Below, in pieces: positions 54,298 to 64,000 of a stretch of DNA of 64,000 nt (positions are counted from its first letter, which is position 1; each line of letters opens with the position of its first letter). This DNA comes from an uncultured Prevotellaceae bacterium (GTDB lineage: Bacteria > Bacteroidota > Bacteroidia > Bacteroidales > Bacteroidaceae): the NCBI GenBank assembly GCA_900320845.1, contig ONTS01000010.1, positions 3,664-67,663 of the forward strand. Reading direction: 5' to 3'. The notes beneath the pieces were generated by a model, which had not been told where the DNA came from, did not search any database, and saw nothing but the letters and a program-made list of their open reading frames with translations. Both the position numbers and the translations under genes were made by a program.

Positions 54298-55086
54298 ATG
54301 GACATCGTCCCCACACTCACAACACGCTGGCACCTCGACCTATGTTTCGACGGCACGGCATACCACGGCTGGCAACGTCAGCCCAACGCCCGTAGCGTGC
54401 AGCAGACGGTGGAAGAGGCACTCTCCACCATGCTGCGCCACGACGTTGCCGTCACTGGTGCCGGACGCACTGACACCGGAGTGCATGCCCGACAGATGCC
54501 CATACATTTCGATACCCCTTGTGCCTTGGAGGTATCGCAGCTGGTGTACAAACTCAACCGGCTACTGCCCCACGACATTGCCGCAACCTTCGCCTCGCCT
54601 GTCGACAACGAATGGCATGCACGCTTCAGCGCCACCAGTCGCACGTACCACTACTATGTGCACCTCGGCAAGCAGCCGTTCCTTCGGCATCAGTCGTTAC
54701 AACTGCACCGTCCACTCAACATGGAAGCCATGAACGCCGCCGCCGCTACCCTACTCACAGTGTCCGACTTCGGAGCATTCTGCAAGAGCGGCAGCGATGT
54801 GAACAACACCCTCTGCCATGTCAGCGAGGCGCAATGGCTTGCCATAGACGGACAGCAATGGTATTTCCGTATCACTGCCAACCGTTTCCTGCGCAACATG
54901 GTACGCGCTGTAGTAGGCACACTCGTCGATGTAGGACGAGGAAAGACTACCCTGCAACAGTTCACCGACATCGTCAACGGACGCCAACGCACACAGGCAG
55001 GCGACAGCATGCCGGCGCACGCGCTGTTCTTGGAACATGTCGGCTATGACAATATGACCCCTCACACGCAAACATCAATACCATGA
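54298..55086 (+). CDS. truA: tRNA pseudouridine(38-40) synthase
   Basis: FDGTAYHGWQ, AGRTDTGVHA, HARFSA, FLRNMVR. Confidence 0.96.
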   Translation: MDIVPTLTTRWHLDLCFDGTAYHGWQRQPNARSVQQTVEEALSTMLRHDVAVTGAGRTDTGVHARQMPIHFDTPCALEVSQLVYKLNRLLPHDIAATFASPVDNEWHARFSATSRTYHYYVHLGKQPFLRHQSLQLHRPLNMEAMNAAAATLLTVSDFGAFCKSGSDVNNTLCHVSEAQWLAIDGQQWYFRITANRFLRNMVRAVVGTLVDVGRGKTTLQQFTDIVNGRQRTQAGDSMPAHALFLEHVGYDNMTPHTQTSIP

Positions 55087-55979
55087 ATCATACCCCTTCA
55101 CAGCTCAACGGACTGGGCATTGCTCTCGTCACGCCCTTCCTTGCCGACGGCAGTGTGGACTATCCTGCCCTGCAACGTCTCGTGAACTACCAAATAGACA
55201 ATGGTGTCGACTTCCTTGTCGCTCTTGGCACCACTTCCGAAGCACCCTGCCTCACTATACAGGAGAAAGCTGATGTGTGCCGATGCATTGTCGACACAGT
55301 GCAAGGACGTCTGCCGCTTGTCATAGGATGCGGAGGAAACTGCACAGCCAACGTCATCGATGAACTGACACACACATCACTCGACGACTTCTGCGCAGTG
55401 CTCAGCGTAGCACCCTTCTACAATAAGCCCAACCAGGAAGGACTCTATCAGCACTTCAGAGCCATAGCGCAAGCCTCACCGAAGCCCGTCATTCTCTACA
55501 ATGTGCCATCGCGTACAGGAGTCAATATCAGTGCCGAAACCACGCTGAAGCTCGCCACCGATTGCCCCAACATCACCGCCATTAAGGAGGCGAGCGGCAA
55601 CATGGAACAGATAAAAGCCATCCTCGCTGCCAAGCCGCAACACTTCACCGTACTCAGCGGCGATGACGCACTCACCCTCGATATGATGCGCGAAGGAGCA
55701 TCGGGTGTCATTTCTGTCATAGGAAATGCATTGCCCCGGCAGTTCAAACATATGCTCACCCTATTCAAGGAAGGCAAAGAGACCGAAGCCGAAGCCATGA
55801 ACCAACGCTTCCACGACCTATACAAGCTGCTCTTTGCCGATGGCAACCCCGCTGGCATCAAAGCCCTGCTACATATCATGGGTTACACACAAAACACATT
55901 GCGTCTGCCACTGACACCTATACATCTCAACATCTTCGAAAAGATGCAACTACAGGTACAACGACTGCAACTAATGTGA
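55083..55979 (+). CDS. dapA: 4-hydroxy-tetrahydrodipicolinate synthase
   Basis: ALVTPF, GTTSE, YNVPSRTG, IKEASG, LSGDD. Confidence 0.96.
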   Translation: MNHTPSQLNGLGIALVTPFLADGSVDYPALQRLVNYQIDNGVDFLVALGTTSEAPCLTIQEKADVCRCIVDTVQGRLPLVIGCGGNCTANVIDELTHTSLDDFCAVLSVAPFYNKPNQEGLYQHFRAIAQASPKPVILYNVPSRTGVNISAETTLKLATDCPNITAIKEASGNMEQIKAILAAKPQHFTVLSGDDALTLDMMREGASGVISVIGNALPRQFKHMLTLFKEGKETEAEAMNQRFHDLYKLLFADGNPAGIKALLHIMGYTQNTLRLPLTPIHLNIFEKMQLQVQRLQLM

Positions 55980-56133
55980 TTTGCATCCGACCAGCTACCA
56001 GTTGTGCCCGTATGGGGGATATCATCATTGATTTAGGCAAATTATTTACGCATTGTTGTGGCAGGTCATATGAATTTGTTTTAGATGATTTGATTTAAAA
56101 CTACAATAATTCAAGATTAAAACATGTGAAAGC

Positions 56134-56392
56134 CGATTTTTGTCGCTTACGCCACTTGCACCGTAGCCGACGCGTGTACCATTCGCAGAACCTACAGTCT
56201 GCAAACGGGCAATACTTGCATTACAATTGTGCAACTTTCACACTGTTATCAAAGCCCGATTATCGACCAAAACAAGTTGTTTTGGTAAGCAGTTGGCCAA
56301 TACTTGGGAAGGCACGGCCTACAATTGGCGAGTGGCAGGCTACTGTTGCAGAGCAATTTCAGTGATTTTGGTTACCAATTTCAGTGATTTTG
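56134..56392. repeat. Inverted, diverged copy of the element at ~6009-6288 (type A)
   Basis: Aligns with the reverse complement of 6009-6288, e.g. TTACAATTG.GCAACTTTCACACTGT.ATC, CCCGATTA..GACCAAAACAAGTTGTTTTGGT and GCTACTGTTGCAGAGCAATTTC.GTGATTT. Confidence 0.85.
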
Positions 56393-56660
56393 GTTTGTAA
56401 CGGTCTCCCGTTCGTTTTCCGAAAGGACACCGATAGGGTGGCTATACCGGCGGCATTGGCATGCAGACAGACGATATGACAGCTGACTGTACCTCAATGA
56501 GAAAAGGCGACAGGGGAAGCGAAAGGGAACAGGCATGTGGAAGGGGTAACGACATAGGAAGACTGCGCCTTTTAAGCGTTCAACTTTTGGCATTCAGCAA
56601 AGGATTATTACCTTTGCATTTTGAAGATTGATTGTCTTTTACAAGACATACTTTCCCGGC

Positions 56661-57344
56661 ATGGCATCTATCATTGACTCCCCTACCGGGACCATTGTCC
56701 CCACCACAGCGGCAGCACCGCTGATAGGCATAGCCCGCCATCGCATAGCTATTGACGGGCAGGGTGTTACTACGCTTGTTGCGTTCCACGGATGTCCGTT
56801 GCGGTGTCGTTATTGTCTCAACCCGCAATGTCGCAAAAAAGACGGCATCGCCTTGCGGATGACACCCGAAGAGTTGTTTGAAGTGGCAAGACAGGACGAG
56901 ATCTATTACCTTGCCACCAACGGCGGAGTGACATTCGGTGGCGGCGAGCCCCTGCTGCAAGCCGACTTCATTGCCGACTTCTGTCAGCTGCTGACCGACC
57001 CGTGGCACATTACGATGGAAACGTGCCTGAATGCTCCGACAAAAGCACTGACGAAGATGCTGCCCTACGTCGACGAATTCATCATTGACGTGAAGGACAT
57101 GGATGCAGACATCTACGAGGCATACACGCGCCATAGCCAGACGCGGCTGCTGCGCAACCTGCAATGCCTAGCCCGTCACAACATGCAAGACCGTTGTGTG
57201 CTGCGACTGCCACTCATTGCCGGCTACAACACGAAGGAAGACCGACAGCAGAGCAGGCGCAGACTGCGCGAAATGGGCTTCACACGCTTTGACAACTTTA
57301 CGTATATCACAGAAATTACTGAGCACAAAAAACAAATACAATGA
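56661..57344 (+). CDS. Radical SAM protein, glycyl-radical activase (PflA)-like
   Basis: IDGQGV, GCPLRCRYCLNP, GGVTFGGGEPLLQ, IDVK. Confidence 0.88.
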   Translation: MASIIDSPTGTIVPTTAAAPLIGIARHRIAIDGQGVTTLVAFHGCPLRCRYCLNPQCRKKDGIALRMTPEELFEVARQDEIYYLATNGGVTFGGGEPLLQADFIADFCQLLTDPWHITMETCLNAPTKALTKMLPYVDEFIIDVKDMDADIYEAYTRHSQTRLLRNLQCLARHNMQDRCVLRLPLIAGYNTKEDRQQSRRRLREMGFTRFDNFTYITEITEHKKQIQ

Positions 57345-57715
57345 CACAAGGCCGCAAAATATGCAACACGCTGAAGGACATCCGCAAACGTATTGCCGCA
57401 GCCAATGGTATAGACTACCATCCATCAGAGTGCACGCACAAGGGTGAGTGCTCTGGCAGCTGTCCTCGTTGCGAACAAGAGCTGTCCGACCTGACGAAAG
57501 AGATACGCCGTCGGCGCCGACTTGGCATGGCAGCAAGCGTCGCTGGCCTCGCAGTGGGCATCGGTTCGCTGGCATCTTGTCATATCATCCGCCCTCACGT
57601 ATCTGGAAAGATGGTGAGGGGCGACGTGATGTACGTCCCCGACTCTACCACGAAGGTGGAAACGACTTCCGACACGTTGGTACTTAACCCTCAACAAACC
57701 GACGTCAAACCATGA
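57341..57715 (+). CDS. Small Cys-rich membrane-anchored hypothetical protein
   Basis: GRKICNTLKDIRKRIAAANGI...ECTHKGECSGSCPRCEQE, then a hydrophobic helix; ATGA overlaps on both sides. Confidence 0.75.
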   Translation: MTQGRKICNTLKDIRKRIAAANGIDYHPSECTHKGECSGSCPRCEQELSDLTKEIRRRRRLGMAASVAGLAVGIGSLASCHIIRPHVSGKMVRGDVMYVPDSTTKVETTSDTLVLNPQQTDVKP

Positions 57716-58500
57716 TATTCTACTTCTCCGCCACAGGCAACACCCTTTGGGCAGCCCGACAGGTTGCTGATGCCACGCAAGAGTCGCTGGTAGACATCGC
57801 TGCTGCTGTGAATGAGCAACGCTACGACTATGTGCTGGATGCCGATGAGCGCATCGGCTTCTGCTTTCCCGTGCACGGATGGCAGCTGCCTTCCATAGTA
57901 AGACTGTTTATACAGCAACTGCACATCACCTCTACCCCATCGCATTTCGTCTATGCCCTCTGCACGGCGGGCGACAACATCGGCCTGACTATGGACATAC
58001 TGCGCGAGCTGCTGGAAGAGAAAGGGATGATGCTGCAGAGCACCTTCTCGCTCATCATGCCCGAGACGTATGTAGGTCTGCCATTCATGGACGTGGACAC
58101 GGAGGAAAAAGAAAATGCAAAGAAAGCGCACAGCGCATCGTGTCTGCACCAATGGTTGCCGCTCATCATCAAGCGGCAGACGGGACTCAAGGAGGAGGTG
58201 CGTGGCAGATGGCCTAGTATCAACACACGCATCATTGGCAACTTCTTCCACCGCAAGCTCATCACAGACTACAAGTTCCATGTACGCCAAGAGAGGTGTC
58301 TGCGCTGTGGACGCTGTGTGGAAGTATGTCCGACACACAACATGCAGCAACAGGAAGACGGCACGCCACGATGGCTGCACACAGACCGCTGTCTGACATG
58401 CTTTGCCTGTTATCACTACTGCCCTGTCCACGCCATAGAGTTCGGCAGACAGACAAAGAAAAAAGGTCAATACTATTTTGATAAAAACAACAAAACATAA
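57712..58500 (+). CDS. EFR1-type flavodoxin-ferredoxin fusion
   Basis: FYFSATGNT flavodoxin start; two 4Fe-4S motifs CLRCGRCVEVCP and CLTCFACYHYCP. Confidence 0.9.
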   Translation: MIFYFSATGNTLWAARQVADATQESLVDIAAAVNEQRYDYVLDADERIGFCFPVHGWQLPSIVRLFIQQLHITSTPSHFVYALCTAGDNIGLTMDILRELLEEKGMMLQSTFSLIMPETYVGLPFMDVDTEEKENAKKAHSASCLHQWLPLIIKRQTGLKEEVRGRWPSINTRIIGNFFHRKLITDYKFHVRQERCLRCGRCVEVCPTHNMQQQEDGTPRWLHTDRCLTCFACYHYCPVHAIEFGRQTKKKGQYYFDKNNKT

Positions 58501-58512
58501 TATTCACTACCC

Positions 58513-60330
58513 ATGAGAAAAGTATTGCTCATCTTGTTTCTTGCCGTTTCCACGATGATGTGGGCATCAAAAGCCATTTCCATTCCCACCACCATCATCC
58601 AGCCCGACGGCACCAAGCTCACCGTCGTCCTCTATGGTGACGAACATTTCAACTGGTCGGAGACCACCGATGGCGTATTGCTCTTTCAGCAAGGCACTGC
58701 CTACTATGTAGCTACAGTCGACGAAGCAGGGAATTTCAAGCCTACAACGCAGCTGGCACACGAGAAGAGCCTGCGTACGATAAACGAACGAGCATTGGTA
58801 AGTGCCCAGCAACGCACCCCAATGTTGCATCGCGCCCAGATGAAAGCTAAGGCAGACGCACGTCGGCGTGAACCAGTGATAACCGATGCCACATTTTTCC
58901 CTCACACAGGTAGCCCGAAGGTGCTGGTTGTAATGGCACAGTTTCAGGATCAGAAATTCAGCGTAACCAATCCCCGTGCAACCTTTGAGCAATACCTCAA
59001 TAGTATGGAACCCACTCAGCGAGAACTCGGCAATGCCGAAAGTCTTAACACCGGCAGTGTGAAGAAGTATTTCACTGACTGCAGCTTCGGTCAGTTCTCA
59101 CCAGACTTCGATCTTTATGGTCCCGTGACCCTACCTGGTCCCCTTGTTACTTACGGTGCCGGCCGTAACGACAGGATGGATCTGTTGATCAAACATGTTT
59201 GCGAAGCCATGCAAGATAGTATAGACTTTAAAGACTACGATGCGAACAATGATGGTGTTATTGACCTCATCTATGTCATCTATGCCGGCTACAGTGCCAA
59301 CATATCAGGCAACTCAACCGACTGTATCTGGCCTAAATCTGGTATCGTAGACCATGCTATAAGTGAAAACTTGCGTACTAGCCGTTATGGCGTCAATGCC
59401 GAGCTCAATGGTTATCCTGGTGTGTTTACCTCTGAACCGCTCTATCGCGTCAATGGTATCGGCATGTTCTGCCACGAATTCTCTCACTGTATGGGTCTGC
59501 CCGATTTCTATCCCACTGTTACTGAATCGCAACAGGACAACCAAGCATTGGAGTACTGGAGTCTGATGGACGGCGGTGAGAACCTTCGTAACGGCTGGGC
59601 ACCATGTGCTTATACTGCATGGGAACGCGAGGCCATGGGCTGGATGGATATAGAAGAGCTTACATCCGACACCACCATTACCCTGTTGCCTATTGACATG
59701 GGCGGAAAGGCTTTCCGCATACGCAACACCAACGACGATACCAACTGCGAATACTTCATCATCGAAAACATACAGAAAAATGGATGGAACTACCGCCACT
59801 ATGGAAATGGATTGATTGTCTTCCACGTCAACTATGATTCCACCGCTTTCTCAATCTATCCACTTGGTACCAACACTGTGAACAATATTTTAGGTTCTCC
59901 TCGCATGACGCTCGTTCCGGCAGACGGACTCATCGGTACATCGTATAACAAAGGAAAGGTGATGCCCTGGGGCACAGGAGAAGACGGAAAGGTAACCTCG
60001 GCCGACTACAACAATCAGCACGCCGGCGACCCCTATCCCGGCACTTCCAAACGCACATCCCTTACACGCGAGGACGATACGGTGAACTATCCTGTCTACA
60101 CATCGAACAAACAGGACTGGGCTCTGATAGACATCAAGGAAGAAAACCAAGCTATAACATTCACCTTCCTGCGCGACAAGACCACCAGCGGCATAGGAAA
60201 CATAAGGGATGAACGTGGAGATAAGAGCCAGACAGCATCATGGCACACCCTCGACGGCAGAAGACTGACTACAGCACCAGTACAGAAAGGCATCTACCTG
60301 AAAGACGGTCGGAAAGTAGTGGTGAAGTAA
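58513..60330 (+). CDS. M6 (immune inhibitor A-like) metalloprotease with T9SS-like C-terminal tail
   Basis: QPDGT...GDEH propeptide, HEFSHCMGLPD, WSLMDGG, WHTLDGRRL...GIYLKDGRKVVVK. Confidence 0.9.
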   Translation: MRKVLLILFLAVSTMMWASKAISIPTTIIQPDGTKLTVVLYGDEHFNWSETTDGVLLFQQGTAYYVATVDEAGNFKPTTQLAHEKSLRTINERALVSAQQRTPMLHRAQMKAKADARRREPVITDATFFPHTGSPKVLVVMAQFQDQKFSVTNPRATFEQYLNSMEPTQRELGNAESLNTGSVKKYFTDCSFGQFSPDFDLYGPVTLPGPLVTYGAGRNDRMDLLIKHVCEAMQDSIDFKDYDANNDGVIDLIYVIYAGYSANISGNSTDCIWPKSGIVDHAISENLRTSRYGVNAELNGYPGVFTSEPLYRVNGIGMFCHEFSHCMGLPDFYPTVTESQQDNQALEYWSLMDGGENLRNGWAPCAYTAWEREAMGWMDIEELTSDTTITLLPIDMGGKAFRIRNTNDDTNCEYFIIENIQKNGWNYRHYGNGLIVFHVNYDSTAFSIYPLGTNTVNNILGSPRMTLVPADGLIGTSYNKGKVMPWGTGEDGKVTSADYNNQHAGDPYPGTSKRTSLTREDDTVNYPVYTSNKQDWALIDIKEENQAITFTFLRDKTTSGIGNIRDERGDKSQTASWHTLDGRRLTTAPVQKGIYLKDGRKVVVK

Positions 60331-60444
60331 ACATTACATGACCAACACACTCCCAGACAACAAGAACACAGACAATGCAATCTCAAAGATTATCATCTTA
60401 TCCACATTCAGCAACAATTGCATAACATACATAAGCCATTAACT

Positions 60445-62907
60445 ATGAATAGTATATCCACTCTTCAGCGTGCAGCTGACAACATCCGAATCTTAGCGGT
60501 CTCCATGGTAGAACGTGCCAACTCCGGACACCCTGGTGGTGCCATGGGAGGAGCCGACTTCATCAATGTTCTTTTCTCAGAATACCTTGTGTACGACCCC
60601 TCCGACCCGACTTGGAGCGGACGCGACCGTTTCTTTCTCGACCCGGGACACATGTCGCCCATGCTATATTCTGCCCTGGCATTGCAGGGACGCTTCACCC
60701 TCGACGAACTACAGCAGTTCCGTCAGTGGGATTCTCCTACACCAGGACACCCCGAACGCGACGTGATGCGCGGCATTGAGAACACCAGCGGGCCACTCGG
60801 ACAAGGACATACCTTTGCTGTCGGCGCTGCCATAGCAGAGAAATTCCTGGAGGCACGACTCGGACATGAGGTGATGCAGCACAAGATATATGCCTATATC
60901 TCCGATGGTGGTGTGCAAGAGGAAATCAGTCAGGCAGCAGGACGCATTGCTGGTACGCTGAAACTGGACAACCTCATCATGTTCTACGATGCCAACGACA
61001 TTCAGCTGTCTACCGAATGCAACGTAGTGATGCAGGAAGACACAGCAGCCAAATACCGTGCATGGGGCTGGCATGTGATAGACATCGACGGCAACGATGC
61101 TGATGCCATTCGCAAGGCCCTCGACGAGGCATGTCAGCACAAAGGCTCTCCCACACTCATCATCGGCAGAACTATCATGGGCAAGGGTGCCCTGCAAGCC
61201 GACGGAAGTAGTTATGAACACAGCATCAAGACACATGGTGCACCATTAGGCGGCGATGCATATACCTATACGGTGCGCAACCTGGGCGGCAACCCCGAGG
61301 AGCCCTTCACCATCTTCCCGGAGACAGAGGCTTTGTATGCCGCTCGTCACGAGGCATTGCTCAAAGAGGTGAAGATACGTCGCGAAGCTGAGGCTGCATG
61401 GGCAGCAACACATCCTGAGCAGGCTCGCATGAAGGCTGAATGGTTCGACGAGAACCGTGCACCCGTAGTAGATTGGACCAAGGTGGTACAAAAGGCTGAC
61501 AGCGCCACACGCGCAGCTTCGGCAACATGCCTCTCGCAACTGGCACAACAGGTACCCAACATGGTATGCTCTTCTGCCGACTTGTCCAACAGCGACAAGA
61601 CCGACGGATTCCTGAAGCAAACCACCCACTTCACTGCCGACGACTTCAGCGGCGCATTCCTGCAAGCAGGTGTCAGCGAACTGGCTATGGCATGTATCTG
61701 CATAGGCATGAGTCTGCATGGCGGCGTGGTACCTGCATGCGGCACATTCTTTGTATTCTCTGACTATATGAAACCCGCCGTGCGCATGGCAGCATTGATG
61801 AAGGTGCCCATCAAGTTTATATGGACCCACGATGCATTCCGCGTAGGCGAAGATGGTCCCACCCACGAGCCTGTAGAACAAGAGGCTCAGATACGACTCA
61901 TGGAACAGTTGCGCAACCACCATGGCGAAGATTCCGTACGCGTGTTCCGTCCTGCAGATGCCGACGAGACAACAGTGTGCTGGCGTCTGGCTATGGAGAA
62001 CACCGCAACGCCAACAGCGCTGATATTGTCGCGCCAGGGCATCCCCTCATTACCTGCCGGCAACAACTATGTCCAGGTTGAACGCGGTGCCTATATCGTG
62101 TCGGGCAGCGATGAGCAGTACGACGTCATCCTCGTTGCCAGCGGTTCTGAGGTGTCCACGTTGATAGCAGCAGCAGCCCTGTTGCGTAAGGAAGGACTCG
62201 GTGTGCGCATCGTCAGTGTTCCCTCTGAGGGCTTGTTCCGCCGTCAGTCTGCCGACTATCAGGAGAGCGTACTTCCCCATGGTGCCAAGAAGTTTGGCCT
62301 CACAGCCGGTCTGCCTGTCACCCTGCGCGGACTGGTAGGCACTGACGGCTACGTATTCGGTATGCAGAGCTTCGGTTTCTCGGCTCCCTATAAGGTGCTG
62401 GACGAGAAATTGGGCTTCACCGCAGAGCACGTTGCTAAGGAAGTGCAGTCTTGGCTCAAGGGTAAGCAGGCTGCTTGCTATAACAATGTTATAGGTATGG
62501 CATCCGATCATGCCGGCGTAGAGATGAAAAAACACATTGCCGACATGCTCCGCAGCCGCGGCATGACCGTGAAAGACTACGGCACAGATAGCGAAGATAG
62601 CGTAGACTATCCCGACTTTGCCCACGCTCTGGCATGTGGCATGGCGAAAGGCGAAGTATGCCGAGGCATTGCTCTTTGTGGTAGCGGCGAAGGTATGGCT
62701 ATAACACTGAACAAGCATGCCGGCATTCGGGCCGGACTGGCATGGAATGTAGAAGTAGCAGGTCTGACACGTGCTCACAATGATGCCAATGTGCTGGTGC
62801 TCCCCGCACGCTTTGTTGACGAAGCCACAGCCGACCGCATTGTTGACACATTCCTCTCAACCGACTTTGAGGGCGGACGCCACACTCGAAGAGTAAACAA
62901 AATCTGA
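60445..62907 (+). CDS. tkt: Transketolase fused to ribose-5-phosphate isomerase B
   Basis: SGHPGG, SDGGVQE, THDAFRVGEDGPTHEP; after ~62480 the RpiB motifs ASDHAG, SVDYPD, CGSGEG, HNDANVL and FEGGRH follow in the same frame. Confidence 0.93.
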   Translation: MNSISTLQRAADNIRILAVSMVERANSGHPGGAMGGADFINVLFSEYLVYDPSDPTWSGRDRFFLDPGHMSPMLYSALALQGRFTLDELQQFRQWDSPTPGHPERDVMRGIENTSGPLGQGHTFAVGAAIAEKFLEARLGHEVMQHKIYAYISDGGVQEEISQAAGRIAGTLKLDNLIMFYDANDIQLSTECNVVMQEDTAAKYRAWGWHVIDIDGNDADAIRKALDEACQHKGSPTLIIGRTIMGKGALQADGSSYEHSIKTHGAPLGGDAYTYTVRNLGGNPEEPFTIFPETEALYAARHEALLKEVKIRREAEAAWAATHPEQARMKAEWFDENRAPVVDWTKVVQKADSATRAASATCLSQLAQQVPNMVCSSADLSNSDKTDGFLKQTTHFTADDFSGAFLQAGVSELAMACICIGMSLHGGVVPACGTFFVFSDYMKPAVRMAALMKVPIKFIWTHDAFRVGEDGPTHEPVEQEAQIRLMEQLRNHHGEDSVRVFRPADADETTVCWRLAMENTATPTALILSRQGIPSLPAGNNYVQVERGAYIVSGSDEQYDVILVASGSEVSTLIAAAALLRKEGLGVRIVSVPSEGLFRRQSADYQESVLPHGAKKFGLTAGLPVTLRGLVGTDGYVFGMQSFGFSAPYKVLDEKLGFTAEHVAKEVQSWLKGKQAACYNNVIGMASDHAGVEMKKHIADMLRSRGMTVKDYGTDSEDSVDYPDFAHALACGMAKGEVCRGIALCGSGEGMAITLNKHAGIRAGLAWNVEVAGLTRAHNDANVLVLPARFVDEATADRIVDTFLSTDFEGGRHTRRVNKI

Positions 62908-62955
62908 CCCACACTAACAAACATCGGTGTCCAACGAGCACTCAGGTAAAGTGCC

Positions 62956-64000
62956 ATGAAAAGAAGCATTGTGCTATTCTTTCTGCTTGGTCAGTGCTGT
63001 ATAGCTGCATTGGCTCAGTCTGAAGACATTCTTGAACGCTACTTCAACACCCTCGCCACTGAAGAGGAGTTGGAGTCAGGTAGCATTGAAGATATTACGG
63101 AGCGTCTGATATATCTTTTGCAGCATCCGAAGAATATCAACGAAGCTACCCGCGAGGACTTTGAGGCCCTCCCATTCCTCACAGACTTGCAGGTTGAGAA
63201 GCTATGTGAGTATTTGTACCACTATGCTCCTCTTCGCAGTGTGGGCTCATTGGCTATGATACCTGCCATAGACAGTGAGACACGCGACCTGCTCAACTTA
63301 TGTTTCACCTTCGACGAAGTGCCCGAGCGCGACACTTTTAGCCTGGGTAAGGCCCTACGAAACGGCACTCACGACATCGTAGCCACCGGCAAGATACCAT
63401 TCTACACCCGTAAGGGCGACGAGTATGGTTATCTCGGTGCGCGTTACGCCCATTCGCTACGCTACACCTTCAAGTACGGCGACAAGCTGTCGGCAGGCAT
63501 CATCGGTGCCAACGACAATGGCGAGCCATTATTCAAGCACGGCAACGAAAAGGGCTACGACCACTATGCCATCTATGCCCAGATAAAAAACATCGGCAGA
63601 CTGAAACATGCCATAGTAGGACACTATCGCATACGGTTGGGACAGGGTCTGACATTCAACAGTAACTTTTCGTTGGGAAAACTCACCCAACAGAATGTCA
63701 TCACACGCTCTACGGCCGCCATCTCGCCTCACGCCTCGAAGATGCAGTACAATTTCCTGCAAGGCGCTGCTGCCACAGTGGCACTGAGCAGACACTTTGA
63801 GCTTACTGCCTTTGCCTCGTCGCGCGCCATCGACGCCACATTGTCTAAAGACGGAAAGAAGATACAGACCATTCTAAACTCTGGCTACCACCGCACGAGC
63901 CTGGAAATGCAAAAGAAGCACAACGCCCACGAGACCATCGTAGGCGGACACCTCACCTTTGACACCAAGAAAGGTTTCGTGTTTGGCATCAATGCCGTCT
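62956..64000 (+). CDS. ComEA-like helix-hairpin-helix domain outer-membrane protein (3'-truncated by window edge)
   Basis: ATG at 62956, signal peptide MKRSIVLFFLLGQCC, then HPKNINEATREDFEALPFLTDLQV (HhH-like); the frame appears open to the window end. Confidence 0.8.
   Translation, partial: MKRSIVLFFLLGQCCIAALAQSEDILERYFNTLATEEELESGSIEDITERLIYLLQHPKNINEATREDFEALPFLTDLQVEKLCEYLYHYAPLRSVGSLAMIPAIDSETRDLLNLCFTFDEVPERDTFSLGKALRNGTHDIVATGKIPFYTRKGDEYGYLGARYAHSLRYTFKYGDKLSAGIIGANDNGEPLFKHGNEKGYDHYAIYAQIKNIGRLKHAIVGHYRIRLGQGLTFNSNFSLGKLTQQNVITRSTAAISPHASKMQYNFLQGAAATVALSRHFELTAFASSRAIDATLSKDGKKIQTILNSGYHRTSLEMQKKHNAHETIVGGHLTFDTKKGFVFGINAV

Overview
A 64-kb chromosomal segment of a Bacteroidales bacterium, probably Prevotellaceae-like (inferred from gene content and TAnnTTTG promoter boxes). 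Most of it is housekeeping genes: radA, glyA, rubrerythrin, gap, mscL, serA, fusA2, hemW, rsmG, ruvC, metG, truA, dapA and a transketolase-RpiB fusion. An AT-richer accessory island at ~5.9-22.4 kb has three parts. (i) A promoter, then a ~250-nt non-coding leader (a GNRA hairpin plus a ~180-nt bulged rod), then a + strand array of unrelated, mostly secreted or membrane genes with gene-remnant junctions. (ii) An IS4 element. (iii) An inverted 7-gene defence operon: AAA_21 ATPase, RloB, qatABCD and a frameshifted DUF2971-like gene. A 5'-truncated BspA-type LRR gene follows. Four intergenic regions carry a dispersed repeat family built from a pseudo-palindromic CAANNTC-N3-GANNTTG box at 22-bp phasing. 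I saw no rRNA, tRNA or CRISPR array. All product calls come from motif recognition by eye; no database searches were run.
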